Under the pieces are notes generated by a model. That model saw nothing but the letters and a program-made list of their open reading frames with translations, did not search any database and was not told the origin of the DNA. From the NCBI RefSeq assembly GCF_964194155.1, contig NC_135882.1, positions 4,340,001 through 4,404,000 on the forward strand: a stretch of DNA of 64,000 bases, written 5' to 3'. The position numbers and the translations under genes were made by a program. Shown piece after piece: positions 37,335 through 50,487 of the stretch (position 1 is its first letter; each line of letters starts with the position of its first letter). The stretch comes from Cetorhinus maximus (taxonomy: Eukaryota).

Positions 37335-40120
37335 GGAGCATTTGAGTACCGTGTGCAGTATTGGTCTCCTTATTTAAAGAAGGATGTAAATGCATTAGAA
37401 GTAGTTCAGAGAAGGTTTACTAGACTACTACCAGGAATAGGCGGGTTTTCTTATGAGGAAAAGTTGGGCAGGTTAGGCTTTGCATCCACTGGAGTTTACA
37501 CCATAAGACATAGCAGCAGAAGTAGGCAATTTGGCCCATCATTCAATGAGATCATGGCTGATCTGATAATCCTCAATTCCACTGTCTTGCCTTTTGCCCA
37601 TAACCCTTGATTCCCTTACTGATTAAAAATCTATCTATCTCAGCCTTGAATATACTCAACGACCCAGCCTCTACAGCCCTGTGCGGTAAAGAATTCCACA
37701 GATTCACTACCCTCTGAGAGAAGAAATTCCTCCTCATCTCTGTCTTCAATATTCAGCTCCTCTATTCTTCCTGCCAACGTGCATAACCTCACATTTTCTC
37801 ACATTATATTCCATCTGCCAAGTTTTTGCCCACTCACTTAACCTGTCTATATCCCTCTGTAGACTCTTTGTGTCATCCTTTCCACTTGCCTTCCCACCTA
37901 TTTTTGTGTTATCCATAAACTTGGCAATAGTACATTCATTTCCCTCATTTAAGTCACTAATATTTTTGTAAATAATTGTGGCCCCAGCGCTGATCCCAGT
38001 GGCACCCCACTAGTTACAGGTTGCAATCCTGAAAATGCCCCCCTTATCCCAACTCTGTCTTCTGTTAGTTAGCCAATCCTCTATCCATGCTAACATACTA
38101 CCCTCAACAACATGGACTCTGATCTTATTAAGATACCACACATAAGGCTACTTATTAAATGCCTTTTGGAAGTCCAAATATATTACATCTACTGGTTCCC
38201 CTTTATCTATTCTGCTTGTTACCTCCTCAAAGAATTCTAATAAATTTGTCAGGCATGATTTCCCCTTCATGAAGCCATGCTGACTCTGCTTGATTATATT
38301 ATGTATTTTTAAATGTTCTGCTATTACATTCTTTATAATAGACTTTAACATTTTCCCGATGACAGATGTTAAGCTAACTGGCCTAAGGTTACCTGTTTTT
38401 GTCTCCCTCCCTTTTTGAAAAGGGTGTTACATGGCAGTTTTCCAATCCTCTGGGACTTTTCCAGAATCTAAGGATTCTTGGAAGATTACTACCAGCGCAT
38501 CCACTATCTGTGTAGCTACTTCCTTTAATATGCTAGGATGCAACCCATCAGGTCCAGGGGACTTATAGGCCTTTAGCCCCATTAGTTTCCCTAGTACTTT
38601 ATCTATAGTGATAGTTATTGTATTTATTTCCTCCCCTTTTTGCCCCTTGATTATTTAGTACTTTTGGAATGCTATTAGTGTCTTCTCCCATGAAGACTGC
38701 TGCAAAGTATTTATTCAACTCCTCTGCCATTTCCTGGTTCCCCATTATTATTTCTCCAGCCTCATTCCCTAAGGGGCCTATGTTCACTTTGACCTCTCTC
38801 TTACTTTTTATGTATTTAAAGAAGCTCTTACTGTCTGTTTTCATATTACTTGCTAGTTTACCTTCAAGGTCTATTTTCTCTCTCATTTTTTGGTCATCTT
38901 TTGTTGGTTTTTAAAACTTTCCCAATCTTCTGGCTTACCATTAATTTTTGCCACATTGTATGATTTTTCTCTCAATTTGATACTATTCTTAACTTCCTTG
39001 GTTGGTTTATCTCCTTCCTAGAATCCTCCTTCCTCACTGGGATATATCTTTGTTATGAACCATGAACTATTTTCTTAAATATCTGCCATTGTTCATAGAC
39101 TGTCTTTTCTGCTAAAATCCTATCCCAGTCCACTCCAGCCAACTGTTGTTTCCGACCCAAGTTTCTCACTCTCAAACTGAATGCTAAACTCTACCATGTT
39201 ATGGTCAATGTATCCTAGGGGATCTTTTACTCTTGCGATCAGTTATTAAACTTGCTTCATTACACATTAACAGATCCAAAATAGCCTGATTCCTGGTTGG
39301 ATCCACAACACGTTCTAGGAAACTGTCCCGAATACACTCTATGAATTCTTGCTCGTGGCTACCTCTGCCAATTTGATTTTCCCATTCTATGTGATTAAAG
39401 TCATCCATGATTAATGTACTGCCTTTTTTACATGCCCTCAATATCTCCTGATTTATTCTGTCCTACATTTAGCTACTGTTAGGGTGCCTGTAGACTAGTC
39501 CCACCAGTATCTTCTTCCCCTTGTTATTTTTTTACTTCCTCCCAAATGGATTCTACATCTTCTGATCTGAGATCATTTCTTGCTATCGTACTCATTCTAT
39601 CTCATACTAATAAACCTACACCACCACCCTTTCCTTCCTGCCTGTCCTTTCGAAAAACCACATACCTCTCAATATTTAGTTCCCAGCTTTGATCTCCTTG
39701 TAACCATGTCTCTGTAATGGCTATAAGATCATACCCATTAAGAGGTGACTTGATTGAAACCTTTAAGATCCTGAGTAGCCTTGACAGAGTGGATGTGGAG
39801 AGGATGCTCCCTGTTATGGGAGAATCTAAAACTAGGGTTCACAGTTTAAAAACAGGGGGTCGCTCATTTAAGACAGAGATGAGGAGAAATTTATTTCTGA
39901 GGGTTGAGTCTTTGGAACTCTCTTCCTCAAAAGGCAGTGGAAGCAGGGTCTTTGAATACTTTTGAGGCAGAGCTGGATAGATTCTTGATTAGCAAGTGGG
40001 TGAAAGGTTATTGGGGATAGGCAGGAGGTTACAATCAGATCAGCCATGATTTCATTAAATGGTGGAGCAGGCTTGAAGGGCTAAGTGGCCTACTCCTGCT
40101 CCTAGTTTGTATGTATGTAA
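37335..40120. mobile_element. Nested CR1s: a plus-strand 3' fragment (37335-37500 and 39740-40120) split by a minus-strand CR1 (about 37500-39738) with an internal deletion
   Basis: ORF pieces VQYWSPYLKKDVNALEVVQRRFTRL and LRGDLIETFKIL on the plus strand; QSQHGFMKGKSCLTNLLEFFEEVTSRIDKGEPVDVIYLDFQKAF on the minus strand. Confidence 0.9.
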
Positions 40121-41109
40121 GTTTTTAGTTAGCTATTCTAATATGGTTCAGTGTCAGATTTAGTTTGATTATTGCTTCTGTGAAGGGTCTGGGGATGTTT
40201 TACTGCATTAAAGCTGCCATATAAATGCAAGTTGTTTTGCTATTGCCGTATTGTGCACATCAAAAACTCCTGACAAAGTTGAAAATCAATTGAAACCAGT
40301 TTTGTTTATCTGTATGTGGTCACTACAAGTGTTGATCAGGCTGTTTCCTACAGATGGAGAGTCTAGAACTAGATCTCAGGATAAGGAGTTGACCATTTAG
40401 GACTGAGATGAGGAGGAATTTCTTCACTCAGAATCTTTGCAACCCCAGAGGGATGTGGGTGCACTGTCGTTGAGTATATTCAACTCTGAGGTCAACAGAT
40501 TATTGAACACTTAGGACATCAAGGGATATGGCGATAGAGCGAGAAAGCGAGTGAGGAAGATGATCAGCCATGATCTTACTATGTGGTGGGACCAGGCTTG
40601 AGGGGCTGTTTGACTCACTCCTGATCTGTTTCTTGTGCTTTGATCTCCCCTTATCCTTTCTCTGTTCTTACTGATTTTAATGACAGCACACAAGATTCAC
40701 ACCTTTCCCAGTGTGCACATATCTGCACCATATTTCCAGGTTGCTCTTCCATCACATGAAGCTTCGCAATGGAAATGTCAACTCATAGGATTTACCCCAA
40801 TATCTCTTTATCATACTAGCAATACTGTTAAGGGCTCTTGCTGTTCCTGGTAAAGAGCTTCACCAGTGGAGGACCAGGAAAGTAGCCAATTTAACCACTG
40901 CTACATTGACCATTGGCAGGACTAACATCTAACTCAAAGCCTCCAAATTAACCATTTTATGCAGCTGTATAATTTTTGTTGGCAACATGGAACATACGCA
41001 ATTTTAAAAAAAGTATGAGAATGGATTTTATAAGTTAATTCTGATGGTCCAGGTAACCTGTTTTGCCTCTGCTCCAAAAGCCAGTGAGTGATATATGCTT
41101 CCAAACCTA

Positions 41110-41405
41110 CGACCACTACCATCTAGAAGGACAAGGGTAGCAGATAGATGGGAACACCACCACCTGGAAGTTCCCCTCCAAGCCACTCACCATCCTGACT
41201 TGGGAATATATCTCTGTTCCTTCACTATAGCTGGGTCAAAATCCTGAAACTCCATCCCCATCAGCACTGTGGGTGTACCTACACCACATGGACTGCAGCG
41301 GTTCAAGAAGGCAGCTCACCACCATCTTCTTAAGGGCAACTAGAGATGGGCAATAAATGCTGGTCCAGCCAGTGAAGCCCATATCCCGTGAATGAATTTT
41401 AAAAA
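41110..41405 (+). mobile_element. LINE 3' end whose terminal ~60 nt are shared with SINE family B
   Basis: aagggcaactagagatgggcaataaatgctgg...cccatatcccgtgaa matches the tail of the SINE at 13800-13860. Another copy lies at about 27780-27875. Confidence 0.7.
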
Positions 41406-44400
41406 TGCAAAGCTGCACGCCAGGGTGCAAAGATGAAAAATCTACCTTGTGTTCCAATTCTGTTCTATCAAGTGGTGAGAATGTTAATGTATTTTTCTGG
41501 TCAGCATTATCCACACTGCTTTTCCTTTGCTTGTTTGTCATTGTCCGTATTCTCCTTCTATTTTCTTGCACTCCCCCCACAAGCTACCTCGTCCAAAATT
41601 CGGCCATAACTGTAAGATGGTCATTGAAATTCAGGAGAGCCTTCTTTACCCAGAGACTGATGAGAATGTGGAACTCACTACCCACAGGGAGTGATTGAGG
41701 TGAATAGCGCAGACACACTTAAGGGGACAAAAACAGTTCTGAAGGAAAGTCATACGGACTTGAAACGTTAACTCTTTTTTTCTCTACAGATGCTGTTTTT
41801 CCAGCATTTTCTGTTTTTGTTTCAGATTTCCAGCATCCGCAGTATTTTGCTTTTACACTTACAGGGAAGCTGGATAAATGCCTGAGGGAGAAAGGAATAG
41901 AAGGTTTTGATAATGAAGGTGGCTCGTGTGAAGCATAAATACTGGGATAGGTTTACGTTGGGCCCAGTGGCCTGTTTCTGTGCTGCAAGTTCTATGTAAT
42001 GTAATATAAATAAACTTGTGCATTCGTCAATCATAGGGTGTTAGAATAAAGCTCTTGGTGCAATTTTCTCAGCACAGAATGTCTGGCAATGTTCTGTCTT
42101 CTTGCTGAATTGATTCCAACACCTGAGTGGCTGATGCAAACCTGCATAAAGGATAAGCTTATAAAGACAGGACTCTGATCCCTCCTTGGAGAACACAACT
42201 ATTGTGTCAATTCATCCCTGGCACCGTGCGCCAAGCTAGCTGCAGATAGAAACGCCTGAAGCATCTAAATGAGCTCTGTGAGGCAAACAGTCATCTTGCA
42301 CATCTTGGTGATTCTGTAACCTCTTCAGTACATATCCGGATGAGAAGTTCAAAATAGCTCTGGGTGAGAGCTGCTGGATAACTTCCAGCTGACACATTTT
42401 TACAAAAAAAATGGTTTTGAGGAATAAATTAATTTTAACTCCTATTTGCCACAGTTTGTGGGGGATGATTGAAAATAAATTGCTAAGGGGGGTGGTGAAG
42501 GGATGCAGTTGGTACTAGATTTCCTTCTGAGAGCCCAACTCTTCTCAGGCAGTCCTGGAGCTTAAATTGAAAGAAACCGGGTAATGCTGAATCGCCACCC
42601 CATTAACACCTTTGGGAACAAACCAAAGTAGTATTGACCTGATGGGCAGATTCTCAACCAGGTGGGTGGAAGTGGATAGGTTGTCAATGTAGAGAATAAC
42701 CCAGTTAGTTTTCTATATCAGGTCATGGAGGGAGGGCATAGGGCAGAGTACATTCTGAATTGGCTGTACTTTACCAATAGACTTTGTCCAATAGAAATTG
42801 TTGATTAGCCAGAGGCAGGCACAACGGTAATACCTTTAGCTACCTGCACTAAGTTTAGTCGAAAATCCTTGCACATGATATAGGTAAACATACTTGGCAC
42901 GTGTATGTTTATTTAACAAATATTCACTACCATTCAGTATTAATGAAAGAGGAAGACTGCAGAGTTTGATTTTGTAATGCAGGCATGCATTTATCAGGTG
43001 CCATATATCTTAGTGTTGTTTCTGGTTCTTATCCAGCAGCCATGTTGACTCGCACAACGAGACTCTCCAAATCTGACCCCACCCCTCCACCTTTCCATCC
43101 AGAACATGACCGGACGTGGATTGCCCGTTGCCATGACATGTCCTGTTGGTGCCGCTATTTATTGATTCCATTTACTTTCTCCTGCTGGAGCGGTTGTTGT
43201 GATTGGTCAAGCTGACCATGCTATTTAGCTTCCCCCCGCCTCATGTTACTGGTCTTTCCATGGTGCTGAAGTTCATCAAAGTGGTCCAAAGCAGTCCAAA
43301 ACTCTGCCTTAACGTCTTACCATTTCACCAAGTGCACAAAAAAAGTTAACATTCACATGTATGCACTGCGTGAGGATAAATATTGCGATCGCATGTCTAA
43401 CCACAGTGTAACACAGCACAGGTAAGCTTCCTGCTACTTGTCCAGCCAGGGTCAAACTATCTGATGGAGCTTTGGTTTGTAGTGTTCTCTGGTGGTGAGT
43501 AAGAAGACTAACCCTAACTCTAATGAAACGTTAACCCTGTTTCTCTCCAAAAATGCTGCCTGACCAGCTGAGTATTTCCAACATCTTTTATTTTTATTTA
43601 ACCCTAACCTCTTCAAATCCTATTGATGAGCCAGGGTGATTGATCAACATCAGTTATACCCTAGAGTACTGCAGACATACCTTGACCCAGCAATACTAAG
43701 GCTGCAATAGAGAATTAGTTCAGTTCCAAACTACCATCTCCGGGCATGCAATTTTGCAACTAGCTCAATCCTGCTGATTGCACAAGAATATATAATATTT
43801 CAGCAACTTAGAGAAGCTCAATCATCAAATGGTGCTGAATGGACCTTTTCAAAAGGACAATGTCGAGCGTGACAGAGCATTTTTCTGGTTCTGCTTTCTG
43901 CTCTCCACGGGTGTTTGTTTTTGAAAGTCTTTCTGTCCCTTTTACTCTTCTCTGGCTACTGCATCGACTCTCGTAGCTGAATTCTCAGCTGCTGGTATAA
44001 GGTTTTGGTAACCTGCCCAGGATAACAAACAGAAAACCTTTCTGTAAATTGCTCTTTCACATCTTCCAAAAGTGGTACAGCATCACAACATCAGACCTCT
44101 CTGCCTTTTGCTAAAAAAAGTGAATATATGGAGCAAAAAAATAAACAAATATATGTCATTACTATGGAATACATGGTTATAAAAGTTATACTAACCAACT
44201 CAAATAAAAACAATAAACCCAAATATTAAACTACTATTTTGTTGGTAACCTTTTTTGTTCTTGTTATTCTTCACATGTAATCTTTTTCCAACCACAAGAG
44301 CTAGCCAGCTAACCATGCTTAGTTTCCAACTGACTTGACTCCACTCAATCAGCTCCCAAGATTTTGAACAGACCTAACTGATTTAAAGTTGAATAATTGC

Positions 44401-45304
44401 CCGAGTTTGTTGATTTTAAAATTATATATTCAACAGCAAATGCTGCTTGTGTGTATAACTGCTGCAATAATCCAAGCCATTTGGGCTTGTTTCAATGCAG
44501 TTCAGCTCATCCCTCAAGCTTCAGAGATAACCCACAAAACTTTGCAGCATATGTGTTGAGTAGGGCTGGGGGACTTAATTCTGCATCTAGTTGGTTTTAA
44601 ACTCACTTTGTGATTAAGTTAAAGGTGTTTTAACAAAGACATCTTAGCATTTATGGGTTTTCATTCCATCCTTTTAAGCCATTATTATGGAGGAGCAATA
44701 TGGAATTTGACTATCATTTCAATAACAATGGACTATTCCAGCTATACCTGAATGAAGAACTTTGCCTATGTGCTGGTTACAACGAAAAGAAGATTTGCAT
44801 TTCTATAGTGCCTTTCAAGACCTCGGGATGTCCCAAAGTGATTTACAGTTAATGACATATTTTTGACGTGTGGTCACTGTTGTTACGTAGGAAACAGTGC
44901 CTGGAAATACTCAGCATGTCGGGTAGCATCTGTGGAGAGCGAAACAGAGTTAACATTTCAAGTTGATGACTTTTCGACAGGGTCTGGACAGAGTTCTGCA
45001 ACATCAGCTTGCTGTTCTCCCTCGGTTAATGCTATCTGACCTGCTGGGTATTTCCAGCATTTTCTGCTTTTATTTGAGTTTTCCAGTATTCACAGTTTGT
45101 GCACCGCAAGTTCCCACACAAAGCAATGTGATAACAGCCAGATAATCTGTTTTAGTGATGTTAGTTGAGGGATAAATATTGGCAAGGACACTGTGGAGAA
45201 TGCCCACGCTCCTCTTTGAAATAGGGCTGTGGGATCTTTTACGTAAACCTGGGAGAACAAGTGGGGCCTTGATTTAAGACCTCATCCTAAACACAACACC
45301 TCAG

Positions 45305-45665
45305 CTGGAACATTGCATTCAGTTCTGGGCACCACACTTTAGGAAAGATGTGAAGGTATTAGAAAGAGTGCAGAAAATATTCATGAGAATGGTCCCAGGG
45401 CTGAGGAACTTCAGTTACGTAGATTGTAGAAGTTGGGACTGTTTTCCATGGAGAAGAGAAGCTTGAGGGGAGATTTGATAGAGGCGTTCAAAATCATGAG
45501 GGGTCTGGACAGAGTAGAAAGGGAAAAACTGTTCCCACTAGTGGAAGGATCGAGAATGAGAGGACATAGATTTAAAGTAATTGGCAAAAGAAGCAATGGT
45601 GACATGAGGAGAACGGGCACAGATACAACAGGCCGACTGGCCTCCTTCTGTGTCATAACAATTCT
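45305..45665 (+). mobile_element. CR1 3' fragment
   Basis: ORF GLFSMEKRSLRGDLIEAFKIMRGLDRVEREKLFPL. Confidence 0.85.
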
Positions 45666-47308
45666 GCGTTTCTCTGACAGTGCAGCATTCACTCTGTGCT
45701 GCAATGGAGTGCCAATCTAGATTTTGTGTTCAAGTCTCAGGAGTGCGACTTAAACTGACACTGGTGAGAGTGCCACCCACTGAGCCACAGATGTCAGTGG
45801 ATGGATAATTGCGGTTTCTATACCCTCTCAATGTTACAGGCAGTTTTCCAAGTTCCCGCTGATGTGTCAGCAACTTGTACTGAAAAAAATCACGTGATAT
45901 GCATGATCGAACCTCCAATTTGCTCTCGCGATGGACTAGGCTCCCCAAAGATGTGGGAAATTTTTCCCTATAAAGTCTCTACCCAACAAAGTTAGCTATT
46001 AAAAGGCTGTATGGCTAACCAGTCCAATACTTAAGGATGAATGACAGAACCATAACATTATCTAGTGGGTAGTTAACCTTATATTTATGTAGCATGCAAT
46101 TATAAATACTGATTTGCTAAATGCTCAACAATTGATAAATTAAAGAAACAACCTGCTGGGATTTTATATTATAGATATTTCATAAATGTGTATCAACAAC
46201 TTGGGAGGAATAGGTTAGAATTTGTACGATAAATGGCCACCAAAGACTGAAAAGGTCACAAATAACTTGACCCCGACAAAATCTTCTGCAGAGTCCACAC
46301 TGCGGGCAGGCTGCAGCTAATAGATTGTCAATTAACAGAACAGTGGATAAATGGGCTGCTGGGATGAGCACCAGAAGGCAGCTGATGGCACTGGGGAAAA
46401 GCACCAGAACTGGCTGGCGCACCAGACCTGCGATGCCTTCATCTGCAGACAACTGGTTTACAAAAAAAAAAATTAAACAATTCACTTTACCTGCAAAGTT
46501 ATGGCACTTTTCAAAGCTGGAGGGGAGCCTAGCACGGGGAGAAAGAGGAAGTAAGGTCTCTCACATTCTGGCTCAACTGTTAAATGAAATATAAAGAAAT
46601 TGCATCTATCCAGAGCCTTTCACAACCTCAGGATGTCCCAAATCATTTCAGAGCCAATAAAAAGACTTGTGACTGTTGAAATGTAGGAAATACAGCAGCC
46701 AATTTGCACACAGCAAGCTCCCATAAACAGCAATGTAAAATGACCTGATAATCTATTTTCGTGATCTTGGTTGAGGTATGAATATTGGTAAATCAACTGG
46801 GGAAAATTCTCCTGCTCTTCTTTGAATACTGCATGATACATTCATCTGAGAGAGCAAGTTGATGCCTTGGTTTAATGTCTCATCCAAAAGATAACACCTC
46901 AAATAGTGCAGCAATTGCTTTATATTGTGCTGGGAGTGTCAGCCTGGTTTTTGTATTCAAGTATTGAAATTGGGACATGAACTCACAATGACTCAGGTGT
47001 GAGTGCTATCAACTGAGCCGTGCCCAGCTGGTGCTCCCTTCACCCTACCTTAACCGGAACGAGCTGACATCCTTGGCAACAAGATGTCTTTCACAGAATA
47101 GACGAATGTACATTGGTGATCCACAATACCCAGTCCCATAACATTACATAGGCTCTGCTTAGGTTCCAGCAACCTCCTATTGCCTTGATCTCAGCCCTTT
47201 TGATCAAGAAGCTAGAAGGAATGTGTTCAGTAAAGGAAAGCAGAGAGGTCAGTACTGGACTCAGGCCAAGATGTATAACTGCAGTTGCTTGGTAGTGCAT
47301 AACTTGAG

Positions 47309-47811
47309 TATTGCTGAAAAGAGAGACATGTTGAAATTTTCATCTTGCACTGATCAGGACAAGAATATCACATTTCAAATGATCACTGCAATTTATACTA
47401 CAGGAGAAAAGGGTTTTGATTGATTTGCAGGTTGACTCTGGCCGCGGTGTTGCCATGGAGAAAGCAACTGGGAACAATTACACAATTGGGCTGCACTTAC
47501 TGAACAATCCTGAGTGCGCTAATAGTTACATTAACAACCAATTTAAGATAATCAGTTGAGATTATAACATGGCTCTTTTATGCTTGCTGGATGCAGCATA
47601 CATTCATACACAGGGACCTGTTTTCTGCAAACAAAAGGAACATGTTCAAGCCTTGTGCTTATTTTGAGTTACCCAGAAGCCTATAGAAGCTCTTATTGGG
47701 AGCCTATAGTTCTCCATTTCTTTTCTCTGTTTGAAATTTGGCATTCTTGCAGCTGTCCTGATGGGTGCAAGATGAAAAGTTTAGCAACGTGTCTCTCTTT
47801 TCAGCAGTATA
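47309..47811 (+). mobile_element. Penelope-like retroelement remnant with inverted terminal repeats and a GIY-YIG-type C-terminal fragment
   Basis: Arms 47309-47379 and 47730-47811 are reverse complements. The internal frame IGLHLLNNPECANSYINNQFKIIS*...LLDAAYIHTQGPVFCKQKEHV resembles Penelope endonuclease C-termini. Confidence 0.7.
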
Positions 47812-48339
47812 ATAACAGTATAGTAAACAACAACACAATAGTATAAAAATTCTGGGCTGTTCCATCAGAATGAACATAGTCGAGACTGGGGGAGAGTTTT
47901 GGGGCAGAACCAATTTCCAATGCCATTTTGCCCCTTTTTGGTCTCATTGGTAAATGTTGAGGGATGGTGGGGTGAAGGGGTTGCTTCTTCTGTCTAAATC
48001 CCCTCTATTGTTATGTCACTTTTGGACAAGGCTAGCGGGCTGCTTGGCACCAGAAATCCTGACACTTCCAATGACTATGTGGCCAATGTTAAATATACTT
48101 GACATGAGGTGGGCATGCTCAGCCTGCAATGGCTGTAAGTGGACACCTACAATGCTGTATCTAAATGGTGGCTGACTTAGGAGAGGGATCACTGTTACTG
48201 TTGAGGCACAGCAAACGAGAATGGTTTGGAGCTGACTTAACTTTTCAGCTGTAGCATTTAGGCCAACCCAATCTGTGCCCGCAACAAGCTTCTGAACTCC
48301 AAAATACCAATGGCTCTGTGAGACTGGCACAAGAAGCAC

Positions 48340-48770
48340 CATTGGAGTTTAGAAGAATGAGCGATGAACTTATTGAAACACACAAGACCCTGAGGGGACT
48401 TGACAGGGTAGATGCTGAGAAGATGTTTCCCTTTGTGGGGGAATCTAGAAGCAGGGGGCACAGTTTCAGAATAAGGGTTCCCCCATTTCAGACACAGAGG
48501 CGAGGAGGAGTTTCTTCTCTCCAAGGTTTGTTCGTCTGTGGAATTCTCTTCCAGGGAGAGCTGTGGAGGCTGGGTCATTGAATATATTCAAGGCTGAGTT
48601 AGATAGATTATTGATTGTCAATGGTGTCAAGGGTAATGGGGGTGGTGGGGGGGGGGGGGAGGCAGGAAAGTGGAATTAAGGCCATGTCAGATCAGCCATG
48701 ATCTCATATGAATGGCGGAGCAGGCTTGAGGGGCCAATTGGCCTACTCCTGCTCTTATTTCTCATATTCT
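48340..48770 (+). mobile_element. CR1 3' end
   Basis: ORF LEFRRMSDELIETHKTLRGLDRVDAEKMFPFVGESRSRGHS, followed by the tail ggcctactcctgctcttatttc. Confidence 0.85.
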
Positions 48771-49329
48771 TATGACTTATGTTCTTATATGGCTTATATA
48801 GGGTAAGGATAACTGGGTGTGCAAAGGTTCCACCTCCACCCAACTGCACTTCTGGTGCATTAAGCACTTCTGGAATTTAGACCCCATATTTTAAATCTGT
48901 CACGCGTCAGTCCCACCTAATATCACCCAAAATCAACCAAATCTCTGAAAATATCGTGGCACCAATTAAACTTACTGGTGTTGACATAATCGTTTTAACA
49001 CCACAAAATTAAAATATTGCCTTGACATGCCGCTTGGAGTTAAAACAACAAACTTTTAGGCAACTAAGCTTAAAAAAAAATGACTCATTTTACACCCTTC
49101 GGTTTCCAAAGATTTCAGGAAGTGGTTTTTAGAAACCTGAAAATTGACAAAATGACTAGATGCATGAAAGTAAGGCATGTTTTATCATCGAGTCAACAGA
49201 ATTTAGCCCAGAATGATAATGATACACATTCCTTTATGATATTTGTAAGTATATCTTCTGCCCTGGGGTTAGTTCTAGCACCATTTCACAGCTGTTTACA
49301 ACACCGCAAACTTGGGTTTATACAACACT

Positions 49330-50125
49330 CTTAATGTAGGAAAATGTCACAGGAGTGAACGGAGACAAAAATTGAAACCATCCAAAGAAGATGTTGAGAC
49401 ATGATGACTAAAAACTTAGTCAAAGAGGTAGCTTTTAGAGAGGGTCAGTGGGGGGGGAGAGAGAGAGAGAGATTGAGGGAGGTAATTCCTAAATTTAGGC
49501 CTTGGCAGCTGAAGGTACAGCCACCAGTGGTGGAGTGATGGAAACCGGAATGTGCAAAAAAAGCCGGAATTGGAGGAATGCACAGTTAGTGCTTTCAGGC
49601 TGAAGGGAGCCTGCAGAGAGAGGGAGGGTCAAGGCCATGGAGAGATTTGAAAATGAGATTGCGACTTTTAAAATCAATGCTTTGGTGAAGCAGAGCCAAT
49701 GTAAACTAGTGAACACAGTGGGGAATGTATTAGAGTACCAGCAGCAGACTTTTGGATGAGCTTAAATTTATCAAGGGTTCCAGCCAGAGCATTGGAATAG
49801 TCGAGTCTGGAAATGACAAAGGCATGGATTAGGGTTTGAGCACCAGATATGCTGAGGCGGGTCAGAGACTAACAATATTACTGAGGCATAAATCGGCAGT
49901 CTTGGTGATGGAGAAGATATGAGGTCAGAAGCTCAGCACAGGATTAACTAGAATGCCACATTTGCAGCCTGGTGTAGCCCGAGTCTGGGGGTGGGGTGGG
50001 GTGGTGGTTGAATTAAATGGCGTTGGTCTTCCCAATAATTGGAAGAAATTGCGGTTCATCCAGGACTGAATGTGGGACAAGCAGTCTGACAACACCGAGG
50101 CAGTGGAGGGGGTCCAGAGAGAGAG
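49330..50125 (-). mobile_element. L2-like LINE 3' fragment
   Basis: ORF pieces LSDCLSHIQSWMNRNFFQL and TSLHWL...ILKVAI are L2 ORF2 C-terminal motifs. Confidence 0.75.
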
Positions 50126-50269
50126 ATGTTTGCTGTTTCTATTAATATTGTGTCCCAATATCAGTCCAGCCTATAGGTTCAGAACCCGTCCAGCCTAGCA
50201 CACCAATATAAAACCACACAATGCAGCGGAAGCACTGTGCAACTGGAGGACACAAACAGCGAAGGAATC

Positions 50270-50460
50270 CCCCACCCCCCTATTTGAACAGAGCAGGAGG
50301 GGGTGGCTCTGGAAATACGTGCTGGGGCGTGTGACGTGTCGAGTTGGGAGGTTGTTGTTGTGGAAGTGGCGCCGGGTCGGGCCCGTTACTGGCAGAGAGT
50401 GACCGCGGGTCAGTGAGTACCAGAGCTCTGGCAATCTAACAGCCAGAAGTGAGTGTATGG
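50270..50460 (+). promoter_or_regulatory. Small CpG-rich promoter and probable non-coding first exon of a divergent plus-strand gene
   Basis: CpG cluster with TACGTG, GGGGCGTG, TGACGTG and GGAAGTGGCG motifs, followed by donors CA|GTGAGT (50413) and AA|GTGAGT (50449). No coding exon is recognisable downstream in the window. Confidence 0.6.
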
Positions 50461-50487
50461 GAACAAGCGGAGAGTCTGTTCGTGAAA

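Noticed and set aside
47449-47468. X-box-like GTTGCCATGGAGA
   Set aside because: Imperfect, inside the Penelope-like remnant and not near a promoter.
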